DNA from: Folioceros fuciformis
Lineage: Eukaryota
Assembly: GCA_049999805.1 (NCBI GenBank)
Contig: JBNGIO010006336.1
Span: 1 to 64,000 of the forward strand
DNA: 64,000 bases
Direction of reading: 5' to 3'
Position numbers and translations under genes: made by a program. Below, piece by piece: positions 35,835-49,631 of the stretch; position 1 is the stretch's first letter; the number at the start of each line of letters is the position of its first letter. The notes beneath the pieces were generated by a model. The model was given only the letters and a program-made list of their open reading frames with translations. It made no database searches and had not been told where the DNA came from.

Positions 35835-38800
35835 ATGGCCACTTCAGCAACCATGCGAGTATGGACTTGGAAGCAGACCGTGACTGCAGACTGCAACCCC
35901 GTCAGATTAAAGACTTGTGCAAGCACAAACTAGCGAGCTTGTGGCAGTATCACTAACTCCAATCCCTTGTTGGCCAGCTTCTGTGAATGCCCGCCCCCCG
36001 GCATCTTGTAGATGAACTTTTGTGGGAAGCGATGCGAGCACTCGCGGGGGATGGAGAGCGGCCGATACCCATCGCTTTTCACGCTCCGCAAGGACTGGAT
36101 GTTGGTCAGGGTTGATTGCGCCCAGGCTCGTGGTTCAGGGACTGCAGTGCAATCCCCTGTAGAGTCCAGCTACGAACAGGTATGTTGACATTACATCTTG
36201 GCATCTTGATAACTTGTGCCGGAATGTCTGCTTCTGCATCTAATTTTATTATGTGGGGTTGCAGAGGGATATAGGCAGGCAGTTGGTTGTGGTCGGAGGT
36301 GGAGCAGCTGGCATATTTGCTGCTCTGAGAGCGAAACAAGTGTCTCCCGAGTTGAAAGTCCTGGTGCTCGAAAAGGGACAGCCTCTTTCCAAGGTTGCTG
36401 AATAACACTCCCGTCAGCTACCTTTGCCTCCGTATGATCCAAAAATTCAGTTAAAAATTCGTGTCACAGGTGAGAATCTCGGGTGGTGGTCGCTGCAATG
36501 TAACCACGGGCTTGTTCGTCGATCCCCTGGTAAGTAACCTTAGTCCTTGCTGTACCGGCATGGCCGTATCTTCCTCGTTGGTTGCTGGGGATTGGGGCAA
36601 GGTTCAATGACCTTTGCTTAGATGGCCTCTCTTCCATCAGCCTTTGTCAGAACATTATCCAAGAGGCCACAAGGAGCTCAGGGGGTCCTTCTTTCGCACT
36701 CACGGGCCCAGGGAAACAGCAGCTTGGTTTGCTGAACATGGAGTACGACTGAAGGTATGAAGTGCTGAATCCATGTTGTCGGCTTCGTTTCTTAGCCACC
36801 CCGGGAGATGATAGTTGGTGGTGAAAAAAGCAGATTGAGGAGGATGGTCGCATGTTCCCAGTTAGCAACAGCTCAGCCACCATAGTGGATTGCCTTCTAA
36901 CAGAGGTTCAACGACTTGGAGGTATTTGCTGAGAGCAAATCTTCCTGTGTTGTGTTCTCTCAGTGCTCACTTTGCATTGAGGTGTCCTTGGTTTGCTGCT
37001 GCTGATGCCTCTGCACTCTTCCTCTTGCAGTATGCTTGCAAACAAGCACATCTGTAACTGGTATGCACTTGAGGAACAGCAACAGATTTTCACTTGAGAC
37101 TGGCAGTCTCCTACGACGTAAGGAGATGATCTCAGCTGATTTTGTCCTTCTAGCAACGGGGAGCTCCCCTCAGGTACTTCGAAGCACACAGACAGCAGTT
37201 CCTGCATGTACAGCAAAATTTGTCGTCTGCACAGCTGATGATTTTATCTCATCTGAATCAAGGCAAGGTGGACGATTTCAGGCTCACTGACCTGTGTTGG
37301 AACTTCAGCCTCTTGGTGACTTGCTAACCTTAGAGTTCTGACCTCAGGGGTATCGCTTGGCGAAACAGCTAGGGCATTCTATCGTAGATCCTGTTCCCAG
37401 TTTGTTCACATTCAAAATTGCAGACCCTGCTTTGCATGAGCTTGCTGGGGTAATGCTCTTCCAACCTGTCTTTACTGAATTCTGCGCCATGCAAAGCGTA
37501 GTGCTTCTGAGAATTGTGTCACAAGAATCATCCTATTTGGTTTGTGTTGTTTCTGAACAGATCAGTTTTGCACAAGTGAGGGCAGAACTTCAAGTCTCTG
37601 GAATCGAACATTCCAGCCCAAAATGGACCCAAGTAAGCCAGTGGCTTTGATGTTTACAGATGCAGGCTTGCTTTTGTTGGTGGGATCTTTTCTGGCCATC
37701 ATCCCCCGCCCTGCATAATCTAAGGACAAGGAACTTGTTGTCACCTAGGCTGGTCCACTTCTGATAACGCACTGGGGACTCAGTGGCCCAATTGTGCTCC
37801 GCCTCTCAGCCTGGGCTGCTCGTCAGCTTTTCTCATCTGACTACCAAGGTACCAGCTTTGGCTGCTATCCAAGTGTGAGGACCGGCTTGTCAGAGGTCTG
37901 ACGACGTTCACTTGGTACCTAGGTGTCTTGTGGGTTGACTTTATGCCTCACGTAAACTCTGAGAGTGCCTTGGACAGCTTCTTGAAGCACAAAGAGTCAT
38001 TCATGGTACGTCCACAACTGGCCCCGTCACCTGCTGCAGATAGAACATCGATATTCCATTTGGTGATCTTTTCGCTTCTGTAGGTTTGAGTAGAGTGTGG
38101 CTACCGTCTTCCTATACACGATGCCAGGTGATGGTCTGTACAGAATCGTAAAGTAGGTAGCCTGGCTCCAGTTAGTCTTGCGATAGTTCGACGAGCGTGG
38201 CAATATCTCCTCAAGAAACAGGTCTTGCCGGCTCTCTTTTTATCCTCAATTTTCTTAGTCGAAGTTCGTGGACATTCTGCACTTGCCGTGTTAAACGCTA
38301 AAGCTCTCGTGTTTTTGCCCAAGGGTCTTGATGCAGATATGTTGTGGGCAGCACTACCGAAAAAGAGCATCACTCAGCTAGTGTCCATGATAAAGAAATG
38401 CCCATTTCACATTTCTGCTAAGGCAAGTTGATGACATACACCATGGATGGCAATTGAACCGCAGTGTTTATGCAACTAAGGGTACGCCCTCGCTTGGAAT
38501 TCAGGGAGAGTTCAAGGATGAGTTCGTGACAGCAGGAGGGGTGCCATTGACTGAGGTCTTTCAAATGCCTTACTTCCGATACGCTTACATTTACGCTGGT
38601 ATCTAGCTTACAAGGCTGTCTGCGCAGGTGAACCTGAAGACCATGGAGAGCAAAGCCTGCGAACGACTCTTCCTCGCCGGCGAGGTAGGCCTTCCCGGTT
38701 CTCCACCATGGTCTCGTTCAACGTGTGACAGGAAAGGTAGCGTCGCTGAGTATCGAGCTTTGGTCGGTGCTCGTCAGATTTTAGACGTGGATGGCTTGAC

Positions 38801-39023
38801 AGGTGGCTTCAACTTTCAGGTACCGTTTATTTATTTATTTATATGTTTGTCGTTTTCTTTAAGAACTTGCAATCTCCGTATTTTCAATGACTATATTTTC
38901 GATTGGGGTTTCTAGATATGGTTTTGAACCTTCCCGCCCTTAACCCTGCAGAACGCCTGGACCGGTGGTTTCATCGCAGGTTCCACCATCGGCCAATTGG
39001 CAGCCCTAGAAACCGATTATTGA
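35835..39023 (+). CDS. HI0933/YhiN-family FAD/NAD(P)-dependent flavoprotein; many short exons, 5' end uncertain (35835 or 36012)
   Basis: Spliced exons give VVVGGGAAG (Rossmann), [88 protein letters not shown]...[29 protein letters not shown]. The stop is at 39021-39023. Confidence 0.93.
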
Positions 39024-39255
39024 AGCCTTCGCTATGTCGTACCTCATCATCTTGTACTTCTCTACATCGTATGTATGTACACTGTGGTCACAACCACCTC
39101 TTCCACTTCCTGACCGTATGCCCTTAAGTCCTTGGAAATTACTTGGAACACGTGGACGGCTAGCTTCACCCGCAATAATAGGCGTTGGTATCTACTTCCA
39201 TGCCACATTTGCCGCATTCTAGTTCGAATGGTAGAGGTGCAGGCACCTCGTATCC

Positions 39256-41480
39256 ATGGCGCTTTCAGGATCTTGGGTTCGTAATTGTTGGACTGAGTCT
39301 GCTCTCAAGTTCGACAGTGAGCTTTCTTGCAGGAGCCGTCGGGATTGTTTGCCGGCGCCATCTCGGAGACGCGCGTCTTATTTAGCAAGCCATCGTATCG
39401 ACCATGCGGAGCTTCTTCATGGGTGGCCAGTTCGTTGGGCGAAACCGAAGGGGAACAGTTTCAGTGTTCACAGGAGGAATACAGTATTCTGCATTGTCAC
39501 AAGACCTGACACAGTGGCGGATGACGAGGCGGAAGCGGAACGCTTAGCAAAAGGGGAAGCCGATTATGTTAGCAATGCACAGCCTCTCTCTCCCAGGCTG
39601 ATTCCCACCTGGAGGCGGGCGGGCAACCTTGCGTCCCGATGGCGGGAGATCGCAGGCGAGAACAATTGGGAGGGGCTGCTGACACCATTGGATCCCGATC
39701 TCAAGAGAGAAATCATGAAGTGCGGGGACTTCATCTGGCCTGGCTACGATGCTATGGATGACATTCCTGAGTCCAGGTACAGGGGCAGCGCTCTCTATCA
39801 CCCTTCCAAGCTCTTGGATAAGGTGAGACTGCATGGTACAGGCTACCAGGTGACCAGGTACTTGTATATGCTTTCGGATGTGAGTTGGGTCGACCGGTTT
39901 GCACCATATTTCCAGCTTCCCGTGAGTGGTCAGGATGGTGAGCTCTGGGCCAAGGACAGCAACTGGGTGGGACTGGTTGCTGTGGCAACCGATGAGGAAG
40001 CGCAACGTTTGGGAAGAAGAGACATCATTGTCTCGTTCCGGGGTACGCATACAGCCAAGGAGTGGGTGATGAACGTTTATGATTGGCTGGTTCCGGCGCA
40101 GGAAGCCGATCCCAGCGTGCCCTGGCCGGACGTGGTGAAGGTGGAAGCGGGATTTTGGGCGATGTTCACTGGAAAATCGGAAGACACAGTATTCAACAAG
40201 CTCAGCGCCGCGGAGCAAGTCCGTGAGGAGGTCATCCGGTTGATCAACAAGTACAAGGGGGAGGAATTGAGCATCTCGGTGACTGGTCACAGTCTCGGGG
40301 CCGCCCTAGCAGTGCTGTGTGCGTACGACATTGCTTACAACAGAGCCAATCAAATTCCAGAATCGGACCCATCTGATGTGGGTGCATTCAATGTAAGTAG
40401 AAATACCCTCTCAGCTTCATAGGCTGCGCGATGAATTTCAGTGTTCTGATATTTTGATCCTCTGCACAGACTCCAACAGGAGGGAAAACGGTGGCTGGAA
40501 AAGTAATTAAAGAGTTCGTGCAAACTGTTCAAACAATAGTTCCAGGTGAGTCCAAGCAAGTCAGGACTAAACTCCGCTCCACCATCCTCGTAGCCCATAT
40601 GCAAGCTCCTGAGACGAACGTGTTCTTTGCAGGTCTCACAGCCGAGAAGAAAAACATTCCGAAGGGGTTTTTACCTGGAACAGTGCCCATCACAGTATAC
40701 ACATTCGGGTGCCCCCGTGTTGGAAACGACGACTTTCGAGAAACCATCCATGGCCTTGGTGTAAAGGTATCACTAGTCTCTCAGCACCCCGCTCACACCA
40801 TTACCAAGAGTTTCGATTGCAATGAACTTGTCAGCACCTCGTCACGCTCATACGCGCACGTCTTTTTGCAGATTCTCCGTGTAGAAGGAGAGGGTGACAT
40901 CGTGACCCGGTTCCCTGGCGTGTTTTTCAATGAGTGGATTTTGGATTGGGCCGATAACTGGTTGGGTCTCTTCTTTGACAGCTTGCCTTGGACTTACACA
41001 CATGTTGGTGTTGCGCTGAAAGTCAACTACAAGGACTCGCCTTATCTGAAACCCAAAACGAAGTTCATGGATGTGCACGATTTACAGGTTAACCTCCATC
41101 TGATTGATGGCCTCGGCGAGGTACGCTACAGTTGTATTTCTACACACTTATCTGATTACTGAAACGTTTTGGGTTCCAAAACGTCAGAGAGACGAGTGTG
41201 AGGAACTTACATGGACAATACTTGTGTTGTGACCCAAACGGTGTACTTGCAGCCGCCAAATCTGGAGAGATTTCACGGCAGCTATGACGAGAATCGGAGG
41301 GACGTTGCGCTTGTGAACAAGTACATTGGTTTGCTGGACCCTAAATACAGAATTCCCGAGGGATGGTTTCAGCTGGAGAACAAGGGCCTCGCCTTCAACA
41401 AAGGGACCGGTCGGTGGGAAGTCCCCACTCGTGACTCGATTGATGAGCCAGTCAACTGTGTCGGGCCCATTGACGCATAG
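39256..41480 (+). CDS. Phospholipase A1 (DAD1-like, lipase class 3), probably plastid-targeted; 5 exons
   Basis: WREIAGENNWEGLL.PLD..L..EI, YQVTRYLY, SNW.G.VAV, RRDI.VSFRGT, GHSLG nucleophile, YTFGCPRVGN, D.VT..PG, Y.HVGV.L, HDLQ..LHLIDG, RDVALVNK and W.Q.ENKGL. Confidence 0.93.
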
Positions 41481-41731
41481 AAGCGCAGATGTAACTTGAG
41501 ATGCCGCAGATAAGAAAATGTACTTCACGAACTTTCACGCGCAATGAAAGAAACATGACCTTCAACACATTCCAGCATTCCTGACAAAAATGTCTGGCGA
41601 ACTTTAAGAGTAAGTGAGGCCGAACCCCACCAGAAAGTGGGCAAGTGCAGTGCAACTGGGTAGCTCTATTTGTACAGAAATACCCAGCCTGCTGACCCAA
41701 ACCTGGATTGCTTCCAACCTTACCCTTCCCG

Positions 41732-43374
41732 TTAGTAAGTGTAAATGCGTGCATCCGGCCTGAGCCTCCAGTCCTTGAGTGACTGGGCAGTTAGCCACCT
41801 CCAAGTGTCCTCAGGCATATCAACATCGCTGCAGAAGAGAGTGCAAGCCGGCAGAGTTGTCGTATCGATACTAGAGACGTTCACCTCGGCGGTCCCTTTC
41901 TTGCATCGTTGCCGGGGGTCGGTGAACACAACGGGTTCGAAAAGTGGACCTTGGTCGCAAAGCTGTTCCTGTGAAGGGTTTTTCACCAGCCCTGTGTTTT
42001 CGATTATGCTTTCATATGTGCTCATGAGCACGGCGAGCGAGAGGAGATGGCCCTCCGCGCTACACATCCACTCCAACTCGTCATATGCACGGTCAGCCAT
42101 GGCTTCCATTTCCGCGTCATGTTGTTGCATGTATTCGATTTTTTCAAGCAGGTCAGTGAAACTGAAAGAAAACGACACACACAGGCAGAATTTCAGTCAC
42201 TTGGGATGCATCCAAAAGTCAAGAGAGATGCAGCAAAGCCAGGAAAGTGAACGTACTAGTGAGAAGTCTCCGCAAAATGCCTCATGGGCCTTCTGAGAGG
42301 CGCGTAAAAGCTGTAGTAAGGGGTCTCTTGCTGTATCAGGATGCGCTTACTGTTAATGGCATCACAGAAGAGCGAGCTGCTGTTGAAGCCTCCATCCAGA
42401 AAAAGCTCGTACTTGTATTTCAGCTTGTCTGTGAAGTTCAGAGGTGCAGCAACCTCGATGCCTTGCTCTTCAAGCTCCGCCCGGTGCTTGTCATTCACAT
42501 GATTCCAAGAGTCGACCCGGGCATCAAGCAAGGCCGGATGGAAGTCGGTTAGCCTATGCAGCCTCCATTGAGGTGTGGCCTCCAAGCTCCCCGTCCGCCA
42601 GTGGTAGACCGCAGACGGTCCTCTGAAAACCGCCCTAGCCTCCTTCTCTCTCCAGGAAATTTCGGGTGCATCCGGCAGACTCATCCCGAGGAGAAGGGGA
42701 TCTGGAAGCGGCACATCTAAGTTCACCGTGGTGGTGAAGGTGGTGAAGATGAGGAAGCCTGCGTAGTTGATCGTCAAGCTGCTGTCTGATGACAAAGGAA
42801 AGTCGCAAGTGTTGAACAGCAGCTCCACCCGAAGGTCCTTCATATTGTATCTATCCACCATAGCCTCCAACGCCAGCACCATACCATTGGCGCGTGCCAG
42901 CTGATGCGCATTGCCGGTAAACCCGCCGTATCTGAAATACACTCTCCCGCTCACAATGCGGATATGGACACAACACTCCATAAACCTGGACTGCGTAGCC
43001 GCTCCCCGCACCGCCTGGACCTTCCAGGTCCCCCGGCTACCGAATCCTTGTTTAATATTCGGGATAGGCATCCAGCTCCCGAAGTAGAACCGCGCCAGCT
43101 TCAACAGACTCACAATCCTGGGATCCGACAAGTCCACCGTCTCCGGATCCATCCTTAGAGCGTCCCATGCTTCCCTGGGAACACTCTCGAAATGCACAGC
43201 CTGCCAAAACTCCTCTCCCCGGCTCACCACCTGCCCTGCCTCCTCCTCCTCGACCGGAAAGCGGTCTACAGGCGCAAAGAAGACAACCGCGAGAACCGTG
43301 AAAAGCGTGAACATGATGATGAGCGAGCTCGGAGGCCATGGCCGCAGCACCGGGCAAAGCCACCGGCTTGGCAT
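41732..43374 (-). CDS. Glycosyltransferase family 90 (CAP10/POGLUT-like), type II membrane protein; 2 exons with an intron at approx. 42256-42162
   Basis: N-terminal TM helix and motifs VELLFNTCDFP, W.EK..RAVFRG, LDA, KYKY.L.LDG, Q...YY.FY..L.P..H and FTDLLEKIEY.QQHD. The apparent stop after ETSH is removed by a cacta|gtacgt...ttcag|t junction. Confidence 0.85.
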
Positions 43375-43744
43375 CCTTCCAGCAAAGCTCTCGTGCAGAA
43401 ACGCAAGCTTCTGATTCACCTTGGCAGCAGCAGTGTCTCACTCGGCACGCGCGTGCTATCTCAAGCCACTATGCCCGTCTTTCAGGCCTACGCTGGTCAG
43501 TTCAGTTATCGGACCACAGGAGATAGCTCCCTCGCTGCCGGCCTCATCCACGGGCGGGGCACGAGAAGCGTTTTTCTTCAAGCTCCTGCACACGAAGTCT
43601 ACGCACGAGCTTCACATGGACCGAGCAACGCACCGATATGAAAGCTCGAACGGGGTTCACGACCCCGTTCCGTAAAAACCACCCTTGTCCGTTCTACCTG
43701 CAAGCCCTGGCCACCGAAGGCCAGCCTATGGAGAATTGTAGACT

Positions 43745-44976
43745 ATGGGAAGCTTTGGCGCCACGGGCCCCTGCCATCGCTGCGGCAGGGGCTTCCACCT
43801 GGCTCGAGATTGTTCCCACCACACGTGCTTCCGCTGCAATGCGTGCGTTTCTCGCAACATCCATGTCTTATTCCGCTGAGCTTAAGCTGACGGCCACATT
43901 GGTTGGTTTTGTTGATTAGGAGAGGGCACATGGCCTGGGAGTGTGTGGAGGGGCTCACTTGCAGCAGATGTGGGGGCAAAGGTCACTTCCAGCGGAATTG
44001 CAAGGATGTGTCGTGTCACAGGTCTACCTCTTCTCCTCTCACCTTTGCCCCCCTTTGTGTTTGTCGTCGTGTTGGCTTGTCACAAGTTTGATGGACGCAA
44101 GTGACTATATGGTCTGGGATTTTCTCGCTTTTTTTTTTTTCGAGCTCATGGTTTGATGCAGGTGTGGTCGAAGGGGGCATATAGCAAAGTTTTGCAAGGA
44201 TCCATTTGCAAAGGTATGAATGTCATTTTGTTCACACACTGTTCGTGGGGCTTGCCAGGAGTTTGAGTAGGCGGAAATAAGAGTGAGTCATGTGCAGATT
44301 TGTGCGTGACACGAGAGTGTTGTAGGTGGGTTAACCTATCTGGTGGCAGGCTGCAGAGATGGAAAAGCAGGAGGAACAGCAGGCTTTGTGTCACGTGCCC
44401 AGGGCTGGTGGATCTCCTGGTTCTCGTTTCGTGGGAAACAATGGCAGGATTTCAACTGTTGGGAGCAGGGGAGCACTGAAACCTGTAAAGCAGAAGGAAG
44501 CACCTAGTCCCTGGGACAATCTGGGAGTGATGAGGGATACGAGTAGTGAAGGGAAGGAGGAACACTGCCGAGGTTTGAAGGCTTCTGATTTCACTACTGC
44601 TGAACGAGTTACTGTCTTAAGTACGAAAAGAAAGGGTGCTGTATCTGGATCGAGACCGCCACTGATGAAGAAGCGCCGTGCTAACGGTGCCAACCTTGAC
44701 CCAGCCCCAAAACAATTCGTGCCGGCATCTGTTTGTCATCTGGAGATGGGGCAGCCAGGGCACAACACTGGTGATGAGTGGCAAGGTTTGGTTGGTTATG
44801 AGAGCGAAGATAACGAGACTGAAGCCGAATTTGTTACACAGCAGGAACTTGCGGACCGTGGTGAGGTTGGAACGACTGTTCGCATGGAGAGTCTTGCCCA
44901 GACCCCTTATGGCCCTGCCGAAGAGTTTCATCTGTATAATTCAGGTTCAGCAAAGGATGAGTACAGCAACTGGTGA
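43745..44976 (+). CDS. Zinc-knuckle (4x CCHC) nucleic-acid-binding protein with disordered C-terminus; 4 exons
   Basis: Splicing gives CHRCGRGFHLARDC, CFRCNARGHMAWEC, CSRCGGKGHFQRNC and CHRCGRRGHIAKFC. The tail carries an NLS-like MKKRR and an LVGYESED motif. Confidence 0.85.
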
Positions 44977-47900
44977 ACTTGTTCTGTGATGTCCCAGGGA
45001 ATGTTTTGGAAGCTTGAAAGTTGAGCATCAGATGTGATTAGATACTGCAGAATCCCATGATGAAAATGAAGTGTTCGAGGTCGCTGATCGTGCTGCCTCA
45101 ACGTGCTTCACGAAGGTTGTTTGCAGGTGCGTTTCGCAAGCCGCTTGGTGGCTGATGCATATGGAATATGCCGTGCAATTCGGAAGTCATAGTTGCATGG
45201 AGAGCGTTGTATGGAGTACTCACTTTCTGAGGCTGATGATGGGGACTTCTGAAGATCTGCAGGACCACGGTATCTGATGACTTCCTGTTCTTGCCACCAG
45301 ACATGGCTTCTCTACTTTAAGGCCCTGTCATGGCTTGGGCTTTGCTGATGACCACTCGAGCTGTGAGTTTCTTTCCCTTGTCCGGGTAACGACTCAATTA
45401 TCTCATTTCTAGTCGTTCCAATTCACTGAGTGGTATAAGAATTGTGATAAGTCCAATTGTTGTGTGCCAGGTGTGTACTTAGTGGACGCATAGTATTATT
45501 TACACCTGACTCAAACTGAGGAAAGGGGTCAGAGTCATAAAGGCATCAGAAGGCATCTCATTCCAATGCAACATCAATTTACCAGCACGTGTCTTTTTTG
45601 AACGATCTTTCGAACGATCCATTTCTCTTCCATGTAATTGGGCTGTGGTTGTCAAGAGTGTTGCGCATTGTTACGGTGTGGAGGGGTTCGATTAATAGGG
45701 TTCGATACGATGTAGTTTCCACCGTCGAACTGGCTTAGGCATGGTGAATTGTTCAGAATCCTGCGCATGGATTATATTTCTCTAGAATTTGTTCCTCAAC
45801 GAACGTGGTGGGCTGAGAAGTCTACAATGAACAGTGCTTTGCCTCTGAACAGACGACGTTCAAAGGCATGACTGTTATTGTCCAGATCTGTGCTACAGGT
45901 ATCTCTTTTGCAACGCTTGATTGTAAACTGTGGGCACTGCGAATTTCGTTCTCCCTGTGTAGTGGCCACGCGACTGGAGGATGGTCTTGGCATTACCCTC
46001 GTTGAGCAGGAAACCTTACCCCTTGACACCCGTAAACCAGTGAAAGGGTTGATGTCGTGGATCAACTCTTCGTGAGAAGCAGAAGGCGCTAACAGCCATA
46101 CAGTCACGAAGGTCCTCGATGGCACCATCGCAGAAGGGCTGAGAGCGACCAACAACAGCTGTTGCTGCTCCTGTCACATCTGCATCATTGTCCCCATCTT
46201 GTCAGACAACTTGCAAGGTCAAGTTGACACTGCATTTCTCTGTCTAGGAATTATTGAACGTCAAACACATTGTACAAAATGGACAGGACAGGACCACATC
46301 CATAGAACTCAAGTTTGCACACGAACATCATACAAGCATACTCACCCAGTGATCGAGAGCTTCTAGTTCTCCTGCCACATGTAGGCCTGTCATTAGCCAC
46401 GAAAGGTCAGTTAGGGCCAACAGCAATGCGTCGTGCTTTTACCTGCCTTGGTCAAGTCATTTCCTTCGCTCACACAGGCATTTGCATTTGCACGTTGGGA
46501 AATCCAAGGTACTTGCAGAGTCTTTAAACAGAAGATTCGGGAAAGTAATTTTGTTGCTGAAGCAAAACGTAGGCAGGGAGGCTGCCTGCAATGCAAGTGT
46601 TTGTTCCTGCTAGAAAAACCGCTTGTTTGTCAACGATGACACCATCGTCTGCCAGTGGCAAGAGTCGACAGAGACAGAAAAGTACAAAATCCTGTTAAAC
46701 AACGTCATTCGAAATGTCCTCTAGACATGGAACTCGATGGTGCGCCTAGTGTCGATGTCTGTCAGACTTTCTCCTCCTCATACAGGTCACAACCCATTTC
46801 TTGTCGGCCACCACCAATGATGTCTATCCAGCTGAGTAGGGACGCTTCCAGGGACGTCAGCTGGTTTCAAAATAGCTGGCCCCATTTCCACTCCGACCTG
46901 ATGCTAAGGTGAAAAGTGCTTTTCTCGCAGTACACCAAAATGTCCATTGGCAACCGAACAGCTTGCATAAGAAGCAAGCTTCTTCGAAGTTTTACAGCGA
47001 GAAAACCTGACCATGAGAGTCTTCTGCATCCATGACAGATATCATGTAAATCAACAGACTGTATTCATTCAAGCAGGGTCCAGCGAGGACCTACTTCCCC
47101 TTCACTCCACAGTGGTAAGAATGTGCATTCGAGATTCTCGTGTGTCAACAACTTGAGCCACAAACCGGATCTCACTGTCACACACCTACCAAAATTACAC
47201 TACAAGAATAGCAATCAGCTCGAGGAGAAAAAGAGATCGCATCAGACAAACAACCTCTGGATCACGACCTTGCCAACGACAACCGCCACTCATTCCGTGC
47301 CTAGCACGCCTACCAAGTCCCAAGTTACGATCAAAAACGTTTACGGCTTGTGCTTCTGCTAACTTCGGCTCCAAGCCAGGAACATGCTGTCCAGTTTACA
47401 CTTCCAACCATCCACCCACCCATCCACCGTCAACCAAAGTCATAACCCTCATCAAGGCGCACAGCTCTTCACAAGTTCATCATGTAAAATTCTTCCCCAC
47501 GCTGAAAGAGCAACTCATTGTTCCGCCCTGCACTGCCTGCTCACAGCCACGTCTGCCTCAGATTCCACAGCCAAGACCACCAAGAATCGTACAACGACCG
47601 TAAACTCAGGTAGGATCTGCCTGGGCCCTTTATCCACGGACCCCACCCAGGGTTAATTTGGAAGCATGAAAATAGAGGCCGACAGCGATGCGCATCGCTA
47701 CCGCAGCCATGAAGCTCAGCGTCGTATGCGTGAGGAAATGCACGAGGACAGCTTGGGTCCACGGACAGGTAATGCGCCGCTCTTAGATGCCCATCGTGTC
47801 TCCAACTAATTAGCTAAGCTCAGGTAAATCTCAATTCCGTTAACCTTCCAGAATTACTTCACCCAAACGGACAAGGTGATCCCATGTCGCCTGGCCCCAA

Positions 47901-48363
47901 GCTGGAACATGGGTTTTTCTCGTAGAGCAAGATAATTATTTTTTTATTTTTTTCTTTTTGCGGATCCATAAGAATTTAATACCGGCGAGACCTGGGTTGG
48001 CACCAAAAATTTGTTCTATAACACTAACATCTCAGTTTCTAGAGAACTTGGGAAAAGGGGTAGATTCTACTAGCTGAAGGTCAATGGAGCTGTGCTCACT
48101 GTCCAGCATCCTATCTTGATCTCAAACCATTTTCACCTAGGACCATTTGCTCCCATAAACAGATGCAGAAAAATCCTTCACACACACCTCACCTCCACTT
48201 GTATTGTATGCTGTGAAGACCAGTTGGGAAGACCAAGCCTTCAAAGCTTTTTGACTCCTCCTGCACCTCGCTTCACTGCCGTGTCTCAATAAAGTTGATC
48301 GACTGCACCTTGACACTCCAGTGCATAGGTGCAAGTCAAGAATGTTAGAAAAAATGTTAATCC

Positions 48364-49406
48364 TATGGGCAAGCGGGTATGGTACCTCTACCAAGCACTT
48401 GCTCACATGTATCATGACCACATCAATCCCACGGTCGTTGTAGACTTCCCCGGAATCGCTCCCTTTCGAGCCTGGTCAACTCTCTCCAACTATGTTTATC
48501 ATTCACCTACGACATTCAACCTTCCCTAGCGCGTACCTTCAACATGTCCAGTTAGTAGGAAGGCACCATTCCTTTACTTGGAAGGACCCCAGTACCTCAA
48601 CCTACCGATTTCTAACTGCCTACACCCAATACCCCTTTCCTCACAAGTCTCCTTAAAACACCTTCCACAACGATCCAACAACTCGTCTTCCTACAATCAA
48701 TGACCAACAAGTTTTTCCTTGGGCCGGTTGTTGTGTGTTTGTGCCTGTTAGCGAGAACTTTAAGGGAGTCTTTCCCTAGAGTCTACCCTCAAGCCAACTG
48801 TCAAACAGGTATTGCCACACACCTACAACAGCACAACAACCTCATTATTGGAATTATTGGGATCCATCTTCTCTTGGATCCACGAGCTTCCATTGTACCT
48901 TTCTCTGTGTGGATCTCTTGGGATATTCCTTCACCACCACCTACAGGTTCAGTAGGGAAGGGATCCACTTGTTCCTCAACTTGAGGCTCCTTCCCTACGG
49001 AGGGTGAGGATGTCCCCTTCGTAGGTAGGTTCCCTATTGCTCCCTTCGTAGGTAGGTTTCCTACCATTCCCACCCATTGTCGTAGGTAGGCTGCCTACCC
49101 CATTGCCGTAGGTGGGGTGTCTACCGTATAAGTACCTTCCCTACCTAAGTAGGTATCTTCCATTTTCCCCATGCAAGTACTCTCTCTACGTATGTAGGTA
49201 GACATCCTACTACTTAGGTATCTTCTTATCCTAACCTACCAGAATAGAACTAAAAAATCCATAAAAACCTTCACCAACCGCTCACTACCTACCATGGGCA
49301 CTTGCCCAGAAATCTACCTTCCACATTCCTCCCTTCGAACTGTTCAGAACAAAAAGAAACCAAGTTAGACTTTCCTAGGCCAATTACCAAACTTTTCCGT
49401 TCCACA
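48364..49406 (-). mobile_element. Solo LTR (family A) inserted into the copia 3' LTR; TSD AATCC
   Basis: It is the reverse-complement homologue of 59937-61259. AATCC lies at 48359-48363 and 49407-49411. The termini are t(a)tgggcaag...ttccaca. Confidence 0.9.
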
Positions 49407-49631
49407 AATCCCAAAATAGGCCTTAGTTCAGTACATCTAGATTGACAGTCCATGCGTACATATATAGCCTTCAAGCATGACTATAACTCGATAAAGGGTA
49501 AATATTATTTCGATCGTGGTTCTATTCTATATACCTTGGGGTATAATCTCTAGACTCTAATATAGATATGTTGCACAAACCCCATATGTTTCTAACACTC
49601 CCACTCAACACATCTACAGTCTATTCAAGAC

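Noticed and set aside
42256-42258. Premature stop in the GT90 gene
   Set aside because: The TAG spans an exon/intron junction (ta|gtacgt); splicing gives TAT and continues into the 41732-42161 exon.
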